A stretch of 64,000 nt of DNA from Tubulanus polymorphus (GCF_964204645.1 NC_134036.1:8868230-8932229), one strand, 5' to 3'; shown: positions 1-13,119, numbered from the stretch's first letter. Numbers and translations are program-made. The notes: a model not told the origin generated them from the sequence alone.

Positions 1-300
1 TGGATATCAACCGGTTAATGATATTTTCCATGCGAAGAAACCAGGGTTATGAAGTCAGATTTTCATCTGTATGACAGTTTAGACATTACACTGTAAACAC
101 TTGTTAGGTTGAACCACCTCGTTGATCTGGTGATCATCGGCGAAAAGTTCGTGTAGGTGATTAACGTCGAGATAATAAACAGAATATGACCAAGAACTGA
201 TCCTTGTGGCACTCCGCGACTTGTGGCTGGCTGGGTGAGCTCGGTTCCTCGACTATGACGATCGGCTGAGGTGCTCGAGCAAACCGCGATCGATGTTTTG
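1..300 (-). mobile_element. Degenerate LINE (CR1/L2-like) reverse transcriptase fragment
   Basis: The minus strand reads SRGVPQGSVLGHILFII and, after a frameshift, DVNHLHELFADDHQI. These match the GVPQGSVLGP and YADD RT motifs of non-LTR elements. Boundaries are approximate. Confidence 0.7.
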
Positions 301-1658
301 CAAGCGTCAAGAAAGATAATGAAATATATGTTCTAATTCGTGTTTGCCTTGTGCCTTTCGACGAATAAAGACATGTAAAACACAAAATTGAAAAAGTATT
401 TGACAGCATCAAAACATATACTTTTCTTATTCTCAATGTAAAGATGTAATTCTCCCCTCTGCATTCATTGGCTCACGTTTTAGTTTAATGGCTTTGACGT
501 TGTCAAAATACAAACCAAGATTGAAATTCTACTGAGTGTTTAAAGTCTATCCTTGTTGGAAAATGAATGTATTGAACAGCTGTTTTGCTAAAACGACTGC
601 ACTGAACGACTGAATCTATCATTTCGATCCTAGACGGCAATTGTCAAGGCTGGAGACGTACAGTCAATAGGTAATAATGGCGAGATGAGAGACTTCAAAT
701 GTACTGTCTAACCCGGTGCTCTTCAAACTGTTAGCAGTTCCGATCTAGGCTCCTTAGAACACTTCACAGTTCTCTTCAAATGTAATGTCTCTTGTTCCCG
801 GCACCTGTTCTCAGCGATATTTATATTCACATTTTGGTGACTGCTTCTAAAGCAACTACATTCTTGGCTGCGCAACTCCGAAGGCTGAAATACACAGACA
901 ATTTGCGACACCAGGAACAAGGTAGTAAATAACGGTTCATTTTTTTGTTGTCAATGTCCGAGAATGTAGGAATGTAAGTAAACTCGGGTACGATTTTCTA
1001 ATTCGGACATTACTGAAGCTGTGTACGTATTCATTATTTATGATATGCTAGAGAGTTCAGCGTTAGTAAAATCCGTAACAAAACAAACAGTTCAATTCTT
1101 TCATATCTATATCATGATTCATTCGTAATTTCGTCCGAAGTTTTCGAATAAGCACATCTACCCTTTTGAAGTAACTATACTTCAAATTTGAGTTTCAACG
1201 TCGGTTACGAACTACTCCGTACTCAAGCGTCAAAACGTGAGACTGGGCCAATAATTTGAAACAAATGATGTGGCCGCTTGAAGTATATGGAGTCAGTTGA
1301 AATCTACAATTCATTTTTTAGCAAAACTCTTTTTTGGCATTTCAATCTCAGTTATTTTAACATCTTTTTCGTCACTTTAATAAATTCACATAAATAATCA
1401 ATCTTTCTGGATTTCCGGTCTCTTTATCTTACTATACCAAGCGATGGCTCTCGCTAGAATTCACCAGGTCTACTCTAGTTACAACTCGAGTATCTGCATT
1501 TATTTTTTAATTCCTTCAATTTCACTGAATGAGAAAAAGTACAACGATGATATATAACTATTTAACTACAGTTAAGAAATCGAAGATGTCATTTCAATCG
1601 AATACGTTTAATATTACATTTTTCGTAGGCAGTAAGAATCACGTGTGCGTTATTTCAG

Positions 1659-4251
1659 ATGAACTATTTCCTAACACTGGGAGCGATGCTGTTGTTGACA
1701 GCGTCATACGTGTCGTCATCACCTGACGCGGGGTCACGCACGACAACGCAGGCTAACAACGGTGAGTCTCAATGTACTGGTACTTTCAATCACACGCCTG
1801 AGTAATGGGGTATGGTACCCGCAGTACTACTGGGACAATCAAGGATTCCACGTATGGCAGGCGAAGATCCACCAGGTTGGCTAGTAGATAGTTGCTCGTC
1901 CGCTTTCAATTTCCTTCTACATTTCAATGAAATCTGAATGAACTTTTTGAATCGATATTTTATGAAGACTATCCAAATCTGATAAGAAGAATGAAAGTTT
2001 TACAAATTAGGAGAGTCAGATGGATTCAGGAGTCTAACAAATCCAGTTCAAAGTTAATTGAAAATAAACTTACGTTGACACCGGACAACCTACTGCTGGT
2101 TATGCCATCTGGTGGGATAGCTGGTTTTACGGGTATCCCGTTATTTCAATACGTCATGGTGATGATGTTGATTTAATTGTGGCAATGTTATATGCCAGTT
2201 TTTATTTGCAGGGTATAATTAAAAGTATTTTCGATTCGGCAGGTTTATCTGTATGTAGTTCCTAAATGCTATTAAGTCGTGGTTATCTTAGCCGAGTAAA
2301 TACAGTGGTTTACATATCATCACTTTTTGGTATTTCAATGTTGAGTCATGTACAAGGTACCATTAGTTTCTATCTTCATCCCCAATCGCAAAATTACATT
2401 TGACTGCAATTGAAAGGGAGAAATTCCAGACAAAAATAGCCTAACCGACAAATCAAGAAGTGTGTTCGTAATTCTTTTCCTGGCGACTTTTTCAACATTC
2501 ATATATTTTGTCTTTTTTGACGTAACTTTTTTTCATCAGATTGTCGAAACTACGTTGGATGTTTTAAAGACGGTCCAAAAAGAGATCTCACATTGTTTGC
2601 GATGAACGGGGACAGAAGCATGACTATCGAGAAATGCATTGGTATGTGTAAGGACAGAGGTAAGAATACTCACAGTTCTTCGTTCAATAGGGACATGTTT
2701 CAGATTCTGAGGGTGTCATACGAATTCGCGTGTGTGTGTGTATGTGTGTGTGCGTGCATGTGTGGTAAAAACACCTCACCAATGTTTAGATAACAATTTT
2801 TGCCATTGCCTTTTGGAGAGCCCCACTCTCGTTGAGCTTGTTGAAGATTTCCGGTGTTGTCATATCGCGGAAAGACGGAATCGCTGAATTTTCAAAAAAC
2901 GCGGAATTTCTTCATTTTTACTATAAATAGTGAACGGGTTTTCCCACGGGGATACCCACTGTCGTACAGGGCACCGGACCCAGGTTTTCAACACCGGGAA
3001 ATAGTATTTGATAATTTATTATATCGCCAGTCAACAACTTAACGATACTGTTCCAAATAATGGAGAACCTAGGCAATACGTGCTTTGCGAATTCAGTGAT
3101 ACAGAGTATCGCTGCATTAACTGAAGGAATACAAATTGATGGTACGTAAACGTAGGATTTGTGATGACACCATGGGTCATTCCCCAGGACTCATTTCCGA
3201 GTTAAGATTTGACTCTGGTCTTTGGATTTAAAACATTGGAAATGAATTGATTCTAAGTAACTGAGAGTTAACTCACAACTGTGGAACTGGATCGATGTCA
3301 GACGAAAATAAATAGACATTATGTATATTTCATTCTGGTTTAGGATTGTTCATGCGTGTTGTGTGTCTACATTGTTGTTATTAGCGAATGTGGTTTATCT
3401 TTTAGAATTAAATGATATGAAAGATTATAAAATGGTTTCGTTTTTTTAATGTTTACTTTGTGACTGCTATAACATATATGTCCCTATGCTGATTATTTAG
3501 ATCAAAAGAATCTTATTGGTACCGGTACTGGACGGCCGTAAAATTATAATAATTTCAAAGGAATTTGAACCGGTACTTGGTCGTAGGATTTCATGTTTGA
3601 AACCATCTACAACTACGGTCCGACACCGCGAACGTGCTCAATATTTATCTGATAATATTCGTTTCTGAAGTTCTCAAAAAGTCGATGAACTTCGATAACC
3701 GAAGTTTGCCTAGTAGAAATAGACATTAGGTGCCTGGTCTCTTTCACCCCACTTGATTCTGAATTCTTCTACAGGTGGCAGCCAGTCAACGGTATCGTAA
3801 TATAATAATTCCATATAAAATTGTCTGCAAATAATGGGATTCGAACTTAACTCGTTGCATCGATCGGTCCGGTGCCCTGTCCGACAGTGGGTATCCCCGT
3901 GGGAAAACCCGTTTACTATTTAAAGTAAAAATGAAGAAATTCCGCGTTTTTGGAAAATTCCGCGATTCCGTCTTTCCGCGATATGACAACACCGGAAGAT
4001 TTCTTAAGACGTCAGACTCAGTTTGCAACAAAGGCATTATTAATAGGAATTACAACTTTTGACTGTTTGTTTTCTTTTCAGGATATATATTTGCTGGACT
4101 TCGACATAGATGGCATTGTTTCTGTGGTAACCGTATCGGCGAATATGGTTCAGCAGCAGAATCTGAATGCGATATGAATTGCGCAGGAAACCCTACCGAA
4201 AAATGCGGAGGCAAAGCGAGGAATTCTGTGTACATTACTTCTGATAATTAG
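1659..4251 (+). CDS. Secreted single WSC-domain protein, 130 aa, 3 exons (1659-1761, 2540-2659, 4082-4251)
   Basis: GT-AG phase-1 introns join to MNYFLTLGAMLLLTASYVSSSPDAGSRTTTQANNDCRNYVGCFKDGPKRDLTLFAMNGDRSMTIEKCIGMCKDRGYIFAGLRHRWHCFCGNRIGEYGSAAESECDMNCAGNPTEKCGGKARNSVYITSDN*. It has a hydrophobic signal peptide and the WSC motifs YxGCF.D, MT.E.C...C, CxCG and C...C.G....CGG. Confidence 0.9.
2852..3994. mobile_element. Non-autonomous DNA transposon (MULE-like by 9-bp TSD) in intron 2 of the WSC gene
   Basis: About 130-bp TIRs (CGGTGTTGTCATATCGCGGAAAGACGG...) with 9-bp TSD GAAGATTTC at 2843-2851 and 3995-4003. A close copy lies at 52938-54082. Confidence 0.9.
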
Positions 4252-4431
4252 ATACGCGACAAATTCAATGCTCATTCATTAAAGACGTCAATAAGAATTT
4301 ACTGAAAATGATCTTGTTCTTCGACTCATTTCTTAATCAATTGACACCGGTTGCATTAATTCCCGAAAATGTTATATTTATATAAAAAATCAATCCTATT
4401 GACAGAAATTCGAAATGTTCCGAGATCTTTT

Positions 4432-4520
4432 CGTTCTGGTCGAGCGGTTAAAACCGCCGGTTACTGGTCTCACCAGTCAATGGTCCGTGTGTTCGGTTCC
4501 CGGTTCTGACGGAGCCTCAG
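4432..4520 (+). mobile_element. Degenerate tRNA-derived SINE head
   Basis: A-box-like TGGTCGAGCGGTTAA and degenerate B-box GTTCGGTTCC; resembles the head of the SINE at 21850-22150. Confidence 0.4.
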
Positions 4521-5077
4521 AACTGTGGACCAGGATCCGGAGTCAAATGTAACTCACGAAAATATGGTGCTGGATACAAAGTTTAATCCAAAAAAATTAG
4601 ATTAGAATTAGACCTAATTATCTAGCGTTCACCTAAATGTAGGAACCTAATCTTCAAAACCCCTAAACCAAGAGAACACCAATTCTACTCGGATATTTTA
4701 TGAACCAATGAGTTGCTCGAGTAGTGTGTGCAACTTGGTTCAGTGAAAACTCTATGTTCCTTGAGTCTGCGCATGTATTTATAGAAACCAGTGACGGTCA
4801 TATTATTTGTTTTCCTTGAAGTAGGATTCCTCACGGCGCATCCTATAATTGATCACATTACAATCTTCATCCACGATTCCTAAACAGGTGAAAACACGTT
4901 TTTTGATTTATTTACCGACGCTTTTATTGAATCAAATTACAACACGAGATTTTACGATTGAGTTTTAAATATAAATTAAATTCGAGCTTTTTGCTAACCT
5001 ACACCGAGAGTTTCATAATCAGATATTTCCAAAACTGCCACAATTATATCCGATTATAAACCATTGTCACCAAACGC

Positions 5078-5611
5078 TTATGAACAAAATTGGCCTTTAC
5101 ATTTGCCGCTGCAACAGTCCTCGTTATAGAAACATTCTACGAGCTTTCCCCAACACCTGGTATTTGCTAAAAACATAAGAAACAAAATGAAAATTTGGAG
5201 TGAAACATATGTTTTACTTATAGGAAAAAATAATTGAACCCCTCCCCTGATGTAGGACTGACGCCGACGATGATGATCATCATAACTACCCCTTGTCACG
5301 TCGACAAACGTCTCTAAGCCGAGTTTGGGAAATTCATGTATATAAAAACAATATTGCGTGTCAATTAAATTGATACTTGTCAGAATATAACAAATTACAT
5401 AATATAATCTATGAAATGAAACTCGTAAAATCAATCTGTTGAATCAGTAAATAACTGCTTACTGCTACTTAAATGTAAAGTATTCATGAGCTATTTTGAA
5501 ATTATGTATTATTCCCAGTCGTTACTCACCAACTACTGACTCTGCAAATGGCGCAGCGTTGACCACAATCACAATAATAGCACATATACGATAAATCAGA
5601 TTTGCGAGCAT
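5078..5611 (-). CDS. ICK/knottin peptide precursor K1, 56 aa, 2 exons (5530-5611, 5078-5166)
   Basis: MLANLIYRICAIIVIVVNAAPFAESVV|ANTRCWGKLVECFYNEDCCSGKCKGQFCS*. Phase-1 GT-AG intron, framework C-X6-C-X5-CC-X3-C-X4-C, AATAAA at 4923-4928 (minus). Confidence 0.88.
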
Positions 5612-8278
5612 TTTCGTCTAGAATCCGATTGAAAAGATATTAGCAATTTCGGAAAATCCTAAATTATAGCCATACAAAAAGTCATTTTATATGGCTTTCA
5701 GTGAATGAATTTTTGTCAGATCACGTGCCAGGTTAAGAATAAGTCTGCTTCAGACAAAACAAAAGCTTACAATACTCGTCGTGCGAAGCAGCGATTACGG
5801 ATTGTTTTTATTGCTGGTTCGAATGCCGTAATAATGAAACTGGTTTCGTCGAAATTAGTATCACATTTAGTGATGATAGAAGCAATGACTAATTTTGTGA
5901 ATATTGGTTTGTTACATTAGATTTGAAGTCCATTGAATGGCATTCACTGAACATTTTATAGTCACGTAACATTCTGTATCTCTGGCATTCATTCGGTTTC
6001 TTATCATATTTTCATGTATGATGAGCTTTTTTAATGTATTGTTTAGATGTATGGTTTGTTATACAGATAATCATTGAAATTAATTTTTTTGTCATTAGAA
6101 CACGTTTGATTGAAATAAACTCCCCATTCTGCACAATCGTTGCGTTCTGTTTTAAACACCGCAATAATTTGATTGAAATTTTGTCATCACCTCACAACTG
6201 TTATAAAACAGAAATGGGTCATGAATTTTCTGCTGAATTTAAAATATCATAAATCTAGGGATATACTAGAAATACTAGACGGTATGATCAGTGACACGTC
6301 ATCGAACAATTAACTGTTGCATAGATTTCAACAGAAAAATATTTAGTCACCTGTTGCGTTTTTGATTCCGTTTACTTAAGTTGTTGTTCTACGTGTAATT
6401 GCTATATATAGGAAGGTTACTGAAGCCAAAACTAAGTTGCATATGTATAGGCGCCAGACAGCTTGAAACCCCTCCTAAAAGGAATTCTTATGGAATGTAT
6501 ACTTATTTATATAATCGCAAAAGGTACAATAAAGTTTAGGCGAACTTGCAATTAAATTTCGAGTATGTATTGATATCGACGATGACGACGATGTTAGAAG
6601 TTTGATACTTGTATTTCAGTTTTTCTCGCTGCTCCTGTGCGCCTCAATGTCAAGATCAATCGGACATTTTAATTCGATTAATTCCAGAAACCTTTCAAGT
6701 TCCATAGTTAAGAATCAGTATTGATTCCGTCAGTCTGTGGTATTCACGTATTTGCTCATCTGCTCATCGATTAACAATGATTGTTCAGCGAACTGAAATT
6801 TCAGTAACCACAACCTCAAGTGCAACAGGTGACTGGTAGACAAGTATTTGCTCATCAATTCAGGATGATAGTTCATGCACAGAATTTTCAGTTTCAAGAA
6901 CCTCGAGTGCAACATCAGGTGACTGGCACGACCGTAGGCGTAATAGAAAAACGAATTCACCTTGACCTTAAACCGCGCACCTGCAAGCACCTATCCGCGC
7001 ACCTGTGGAGCACCTGTTGAGGGCAAGTCGTTTACGTTAGCGTTATCGTAAAATCGTGTTTTTTGCAATATACCCGCCTAAGTTGATTTATTTGTCTCTC
7101 AATTAATAAATTAGCCGTATATTTTCCATCGAAATGATAAAATAATTGAAATACAATATGTTTGTATAAGGAAATAAACAACACGACACTGCGTCGTCAA
7201 CCGGTCGCGGGTAGAAAAACATCGCAGTCAGCTGATTAGAATTGTGTGAATTTCGCGAAGTTCTTAGCGCAGTATTAGCTTTCAACATGGTTTCACTAAG
7301 TAATTCACGTCATATATTCTATAAGAGAATATGAATAACTAGCGATGGCCAACGATGAGAGGTAAGTTTCGATATTTAGGCTTCAAAAGATAAAAATTCC
7401 ATGTGAAATAGTACGTGCGTCGTCAATTCAAATCAATCAATTTGACCTCAAATTAAAGTATCAATCGACAGCCACCTCAAACCGCATCATTAGTTGGCCA
7501 AGGGGTCTAGGCTGTGGTTTGGGTTGTCTGTGGTAGTCTATTATGACTTCAAAAAAGATAAGAATAAGAAACAATAAAAAGAGTTGATAGGCCTAAACAT
7601 TAGTTTCCTGACTGGAGAGTTTCTGGGGTAGTTCCACAAGACTAATAATGATTTTATTTATATCCTTTCATTTCAGTTGATTGATGATCCTTACTTCATT
7701 GAATTATAGAGCAAAAGTCCGTTGACGACTAGCAAATTTGGATGATAAGACTGTCAATAACTGTGTTTAGCATCAACGTTACAAGTAAGTGCCGTCTAGA
7801 ATGCTGGGCTGTTGGCCTATCGTTGTAAGATTCTGGGGTTCATAGTCCTCTTTCTAGTTAGGTCTTTCTGGTGAATATGATAGGCTGGAATAGGCTGGAA
7901 AGGGGTGATGATCCATGATTTCATTATAATCAGGGACGGATCGTAATACCTGCCACCTATACTTATTAAAATGCTGATTCGAAATGAATGATTTGGAGCA
8001 TAGTGCATAATTTGAGAAAAGAATTTAAAGCTTTATTATCACGACATTGACCGTATTTCCATACAGTTGTGTCTGTTCACTTCCGTACACTATTCACGTT
8101 TCAGGATCTTACATAGCTACCTGCTGATCAGTAATGTCGACTCAATCAATTAGAGATTTATAGAAAAGCTTACCACATATTTCAAGGTAATTTGAAAAAT
8201 ATTTACACAATTGCTATCGAATTTTAACATGTATAGAGTTACAGGTGATTTACTCAGATAATTCAAGTTACATCAAAA

Positions 8279-10869
8279 TCATTCGGCAATTTTCTGACAC
8301 GATTTACATTTCTTTACAGATTTTCCATCGGCTAGACACTTCTTATAGAAACCGCCGCAACTGCATTTACGTGGAACAGACGCCGGTTGCTCTAATGTTT
8401 TCGTCGCATACAAGGCCTGGTTTTGGAAGAGAAGTTTGGAGCGTAAAACATTGTCGCGTATGCTGCAAAATGTCCGATTATCTCGATTGACACTAGCGTG
8501 TTTGCTTTCAAGAGCTTGCTCGCTGAACAAGCCAAGTGTTCCCCACATATTTACAAATTCGGGAACATGGTATACTAGAATATGGATTTTCGGAGTGATA
8601 TTTACATTGGGAAATTTAGACGTAAAAAAGCGGCCAAAATCGTGGCATTGTGTTGTCATATTGGATATCTCGTCTTTAGAAAGAAACCGAGATGCGCTGT
8701 ATAATCGATATAGCGAACGTAGTCGTTCGAACAACTCTTGGAACAAGGAACTAATCGATTCGTCGGGAATCACTTTGCATAATTTTTCCGCGTTGTTTAG
8801 CAACTTGTGAATATGATTCCCTACAAAACTATTGCTATGATACGCTTGACGATCAACGCCGATTTCTATCAGGACTTGATTTAATGTCTTACATAAAGGT
8901 CCCATTTGGGCCTGAACTTTACTGTACACAGCATTTAACTCACTTGATTTCTTTTGGAATTCCTTTTTTAACTCAACTTGTCTGGATTTAAGGTTGGCCA
9001 GATTTTCAGTGATGCATCTGATGATTTTGTTGGCCGACAATTGTTTTCCTGTAAGGCATAGTTCACACTGAAAATCTGGACAATCTTCGATACACTGCTC
9101 ATGGTACGGAGCGTCACATTTGATACAATATATATACCGATTCGGATTTGGATTCTCAATTGTCCTTATTAGACAAATTTTCGATGTACACGAAACAACA
9201 CATCGACCACGTCTATTAGCAGTAGTGAGTTTCTGTAAGTATTTGCATTTCGTATCAATACGACTTGAAAGATCATTTAGTTCCTCTTGGACTTCCGATG
9301 TTTTTGTTGAAATTTCTTGCCAGGTTCTGTAAAGTGTTTCATCACGTTCCCCCAAAGATTCGTTGTCAAATTCTTGACATTTTTTTTCTAACATGTTGAA
9401 AAATAGTAAGCCAAGTCCCAGGGAGATATGAAGTCCAGGAGGAACTAAATGATCGATATCCTGTAGGTGAAACATCTGAGCTTTCACTACACTTAAATTA
9501 TTAGCACCTGGATTTGCTACATTCTGTTTATAGAGGGCAACTGATCGAGATTCAAATTTCACCGATTGTGGACAATGTGGTGAGCCGTGGTGCTTTCTTA
9601 TGTCATCCAGCTTCACTTGACACCACAAACAAGGAAATTTGGCCGTTGAACCCTGGTGACCCATACATGTGCACAAAAAGGCAAGGTCACCAAATAGAAA
9701 AAAACGGATCGCGACGGCTACATATTTTCCATCACTATTTACAATATCTACACTAGAGATAGTCTTCATCTCATCAAATATTGGTGAGAAAACCTGCTCC
9801 ATATTCTCATATGAATCTACAGCTTCAAAATACGCGATCATCTCTGTAAAGTCTGTACTATTGCACAATTTACAGTTGATAATTGAAAATACAAGTTTCG
9901 TACTACCTCCCACCTTGTCCGCCCCAATCTTAATCCATATTTCACCATGAACCTCTGCAGGAAACAACAGTTGACCTTTTTCAGACAAACGTTTAATTTT
10001 TACAAGTAACTGAACACGGAAACTATTCACTTTAGCGTACGCAGTTGTTTTTCTCTCCGAGGTTCTCGAATTTACAATCATTTCGGCTTGACCTACATCA
10101 AGATTGTTTTTAAAGCTTCAGATCGACTGTTAATTTCCTCGCGCAGTTTGTCAGCTGATGGCAAAATATTGATATTGTACAGTCGTAAAAGTTTTCCTAG
10201 TTCCAAAGACTGGGTCATTGTCAGTCGAAGATGCATTTTGATTTCAAGGTACTCTTGAGCAGTGAGCATCCGCGCTGGTTTCATATCGGGAATATGGGAA
10301 ATAACCTTTTCTTTAATGGATGTGTCTTTCCTTAATAAGTACGATATTGTTTTGGCAGCATTTTCAATTGATTGGTCTTTATCTTTGGAGATGAATTGGA
10401 TTATAAGTTTCAACAGGGATGCTCGCTTCTCAAGAGTTTTTTCACCAGCATCTAAGGATTGTATCTTCGGCTCATCTAATTTGATGAAATAGTTGTAGTT
10501 GTCTCGGGATTTCGATTTATATGTATTTCGAGCTCTGAAAATTGTTTTGTCTTCGTCTCCATCACAGATGATCAGCGTATTTTTGTTCTGTTGGATACAT
10601 TTGATAGTTTGAAGTTCCTGCTCCAGCTGACGCACTTTTTCCTTTAAATCTACATTTTCTTGGGAAATGGATGGCGGCGCTGGCTGTTTTTTAGGAGTTG
10701 AACTAGACTGATACGATATCTCATAAGATGACTCTGGTTCTGCAATATCTGAGTCAACGGGATTGATAGTAGTTGATGCTGATGATATTGCACTTAGCTC
10801 GAGGGATTCGCTGGTACTCTCATCTGATTTAGCGCTGTTACGACTACCGATACACGATCCTATCAACAA
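8279..10869 (-). mobile_element. RAG1/Transib-like DDE transposase (Chapaev/CMC-type), split by one -1 frameshift near 10110
   Basis: RAG1-core-like motifs in order: WIKIGADK (D1), FLFGDL (D2), FPCLWC, PPGLHISLG, SFVGNHIHKLL, ITPKIHILVYH, WGTLGLFSEQALESKH (E). ORF 10093-10869 is the N-terminal part, because the decayed copy at 26760-27850 has both parts in the same order. Confidence 0.85.
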
Positions 10870-12005
10870 ATCAGGTTATAAAGCGAGCATTACTTAAATG
10901 TTTGTATATTTAATTTTGTTCCAAAATTTCAATGTTTGATATTTATTGATTTTTGCACTTATCTTGGATGTTATGAATGATTAAACGTTGTACTGTTTGT
11001 CAAATTATTAAGACAGTATTTTTTTTATTTCTTAATTGGGTGTTTATTAGTAATAACCTTTAATCTAAACTTAACAAAAATGAAAGAATGAGGCAATAAT
11101 GTACTTACAGTCTTTGCGTTGCTCCGTTGTATATAGTTAAATGTTGTAAATTTTTAGGGCAAAATAAATATTATCATACATGTATACACTATCTATGGCT
11201 TGGTTATTCTGATTTTGTATTTTCACTCCAGGCTAGTCTTTGGTCCTCTTGGATTGGTGAAACAGTAGATCCTGCTTACTGGGGGCATTTGTCCTATGAA
11301 ATTGTTCCAGTTTGTGTTCAGCAAATCATGATCGAATGAATCGAAACATGCCGCAGTAAATTTTGGTCCCGTCAAAAAATTGAGTAGGTAACCCGATTTC
11401 CTGGATGTGAATGCCGACACGTTCGTTGTACAGTCAAATTTGCATCAATCGGATAGTATATCCCTAATTATTCCGACTGAACCAGGTTTACACACATATT
11501 TTGGCCTAATTCTGGAATAAACTCATCCGGGTTGAGCAAGCTTTTGACTATCAAACGATGACGAAAGAAAAACAAAATAACAAGAAAAAGAATGCAGAAG
11601 AGTTACAATTTAAATGATAATTATACTCCACTTTATTCCACAAAAAAAGAAACATTTTCATACAAAATATGGTCTCGAACAATGAAACAGCATCAAGATC
11701 AGAGGTTAACACTGGGATACGGAAATTGAAATCTCTTTCTGAACAAGTCTTAATGTATTTCTGCAGCGATAACCTCTTTACTCTTTAACAAAGTATCTGC
11801 AATTACATGACATACCTCGGGAATGGAATGAAATTGGGTCCTTGGCTATATTGCTGTAGCCAAATGGTTGCAACTGAAGGTTCAGGTCGGTAAGGTCATG
11901 TAACCGCAGACTTATTTTGTGAATTAACAATAGTAATCATACATTTTATGGGCCAAAAGTTGTAATTCATGCAGTCTGTATAGGGCCTAGCCGCCTATTA
12001 CTCAC

Positions 12006-12244
12006 TCATGCTCTTCATTTTATCAGCAAACTTTTTCTTTTTCCTGCCGTGGCCAAAGTTGAAACCTTTTTTGCGCTTATTATTTGATTCTTCCATCTAA
12101 AAATCAAAGAAAACCGTTTGAATTTCAGCCTTTTCTTATACAAAGAGAAATGAAAAGGCAATAAAAAATGATTGAATTTATTTTTCTTAAATTTACCTTC
12201 ATCTCATCAAAATCGACGGGCATCTCATCAAAATCGACAGGCAT
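12006..12244 (-). CDS. Putative 5' exons of the transposase gene (12197-12244, 12006-12096)
   Basis: MPVDFDEMPVDFDEMK|gt...ag|MEESNNKRKKGFNFGHGRKKKKFADKMKSM with canonical splice sites and an NLS-like basic tract. The phase-1 end is compatible with the acceptor near 10860. Confidence 0.4.
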
Positions 12245-13119
12245 TGTCAACAGATCAATGTCATAGAATCATCAGCTGAAAAATAATAGTCATTGACAAG
12301 CTTATATTCACTTGATATACAGAAAAGAACATATCAATTACGATAGGCCACGAGCGCTGAAATTTTTTTTCAGAATTGCAAATTTTTGAACTCTAAATTC
12401 GTCCTGCCTTCACTATTGAAGCAAAAATACCTCATAAATTGGGTATCACTGGACAGCTTATCCAATTTTTCAGAGAACTAAAGTCTTAGATTTTGAATAA
12501 AAGACACATTAGGGTCAAAAATACGTACTTTGAAGAGCAAAAATCGGACAAAATTGATCTGTTGACTTCCGGGTTCTTTGAGCGCGCCGTACTCGGATTT
12601 GGTGGAAGTTACGCGAAATCGGCTCTTTAGTTCCCTAGATTTGAATGTTGTCTACAAGTTGAGACACGTTCGGTTCGAATCCCATAATTAATAGCTGAGC
12701 TACCGAAGTTTTCCGGACGCAGCTCCGGCCATATCTTTAAGCATTAGCGAGACGGCCCGGCCAATCAGCGCACGCCATCGATTTTAAGATATCGATTGTT
12801 CCAATTTCTAAAATTCGTATCTCGCCTACGGTCGTGCTGGTAAGATGATTGTTCATCGAGCCGGAAGCCGCTTTCAATGCAACAAGCGACTAGATATAAC
12901 TATACTGACTTTGATCCAACGGCAAATTGTTTAACGACGTGTCAATTATGCCACCTAGTGCAGTCATATAAACCAAGCCTTTCTAGATTCTATATGATGG
13001 AAATTTTATAGAATGTAAGCTAAACAAAACTCATAGCAACATTTACGTTGAACTGATGTAATGCAACGTCGTGGTTGCAGGGTGTGGTTGCAACAACAAT
13101 ATTCACCGTACTATCGCCC

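Noticed and set aside
5078-5434. 118-aa ORF as a single-exon gene
   Set aside because: Only the last 29 codons are coding (K1 exon 2); the rest is intron read-through.
6730-7020. Overlapping short ORFs with a two-copy repeat of about 95 bp
   Set aside because: No recognisable domain or consistent splice structure.
6400-8270. RAG2-like partner gene or RSS heptamer/nonamer next to the RAG1-like transposase
   Set aside because: No kelch-like ORF and no RSS-like pair was seen, so this is not called a ProtoRAG.
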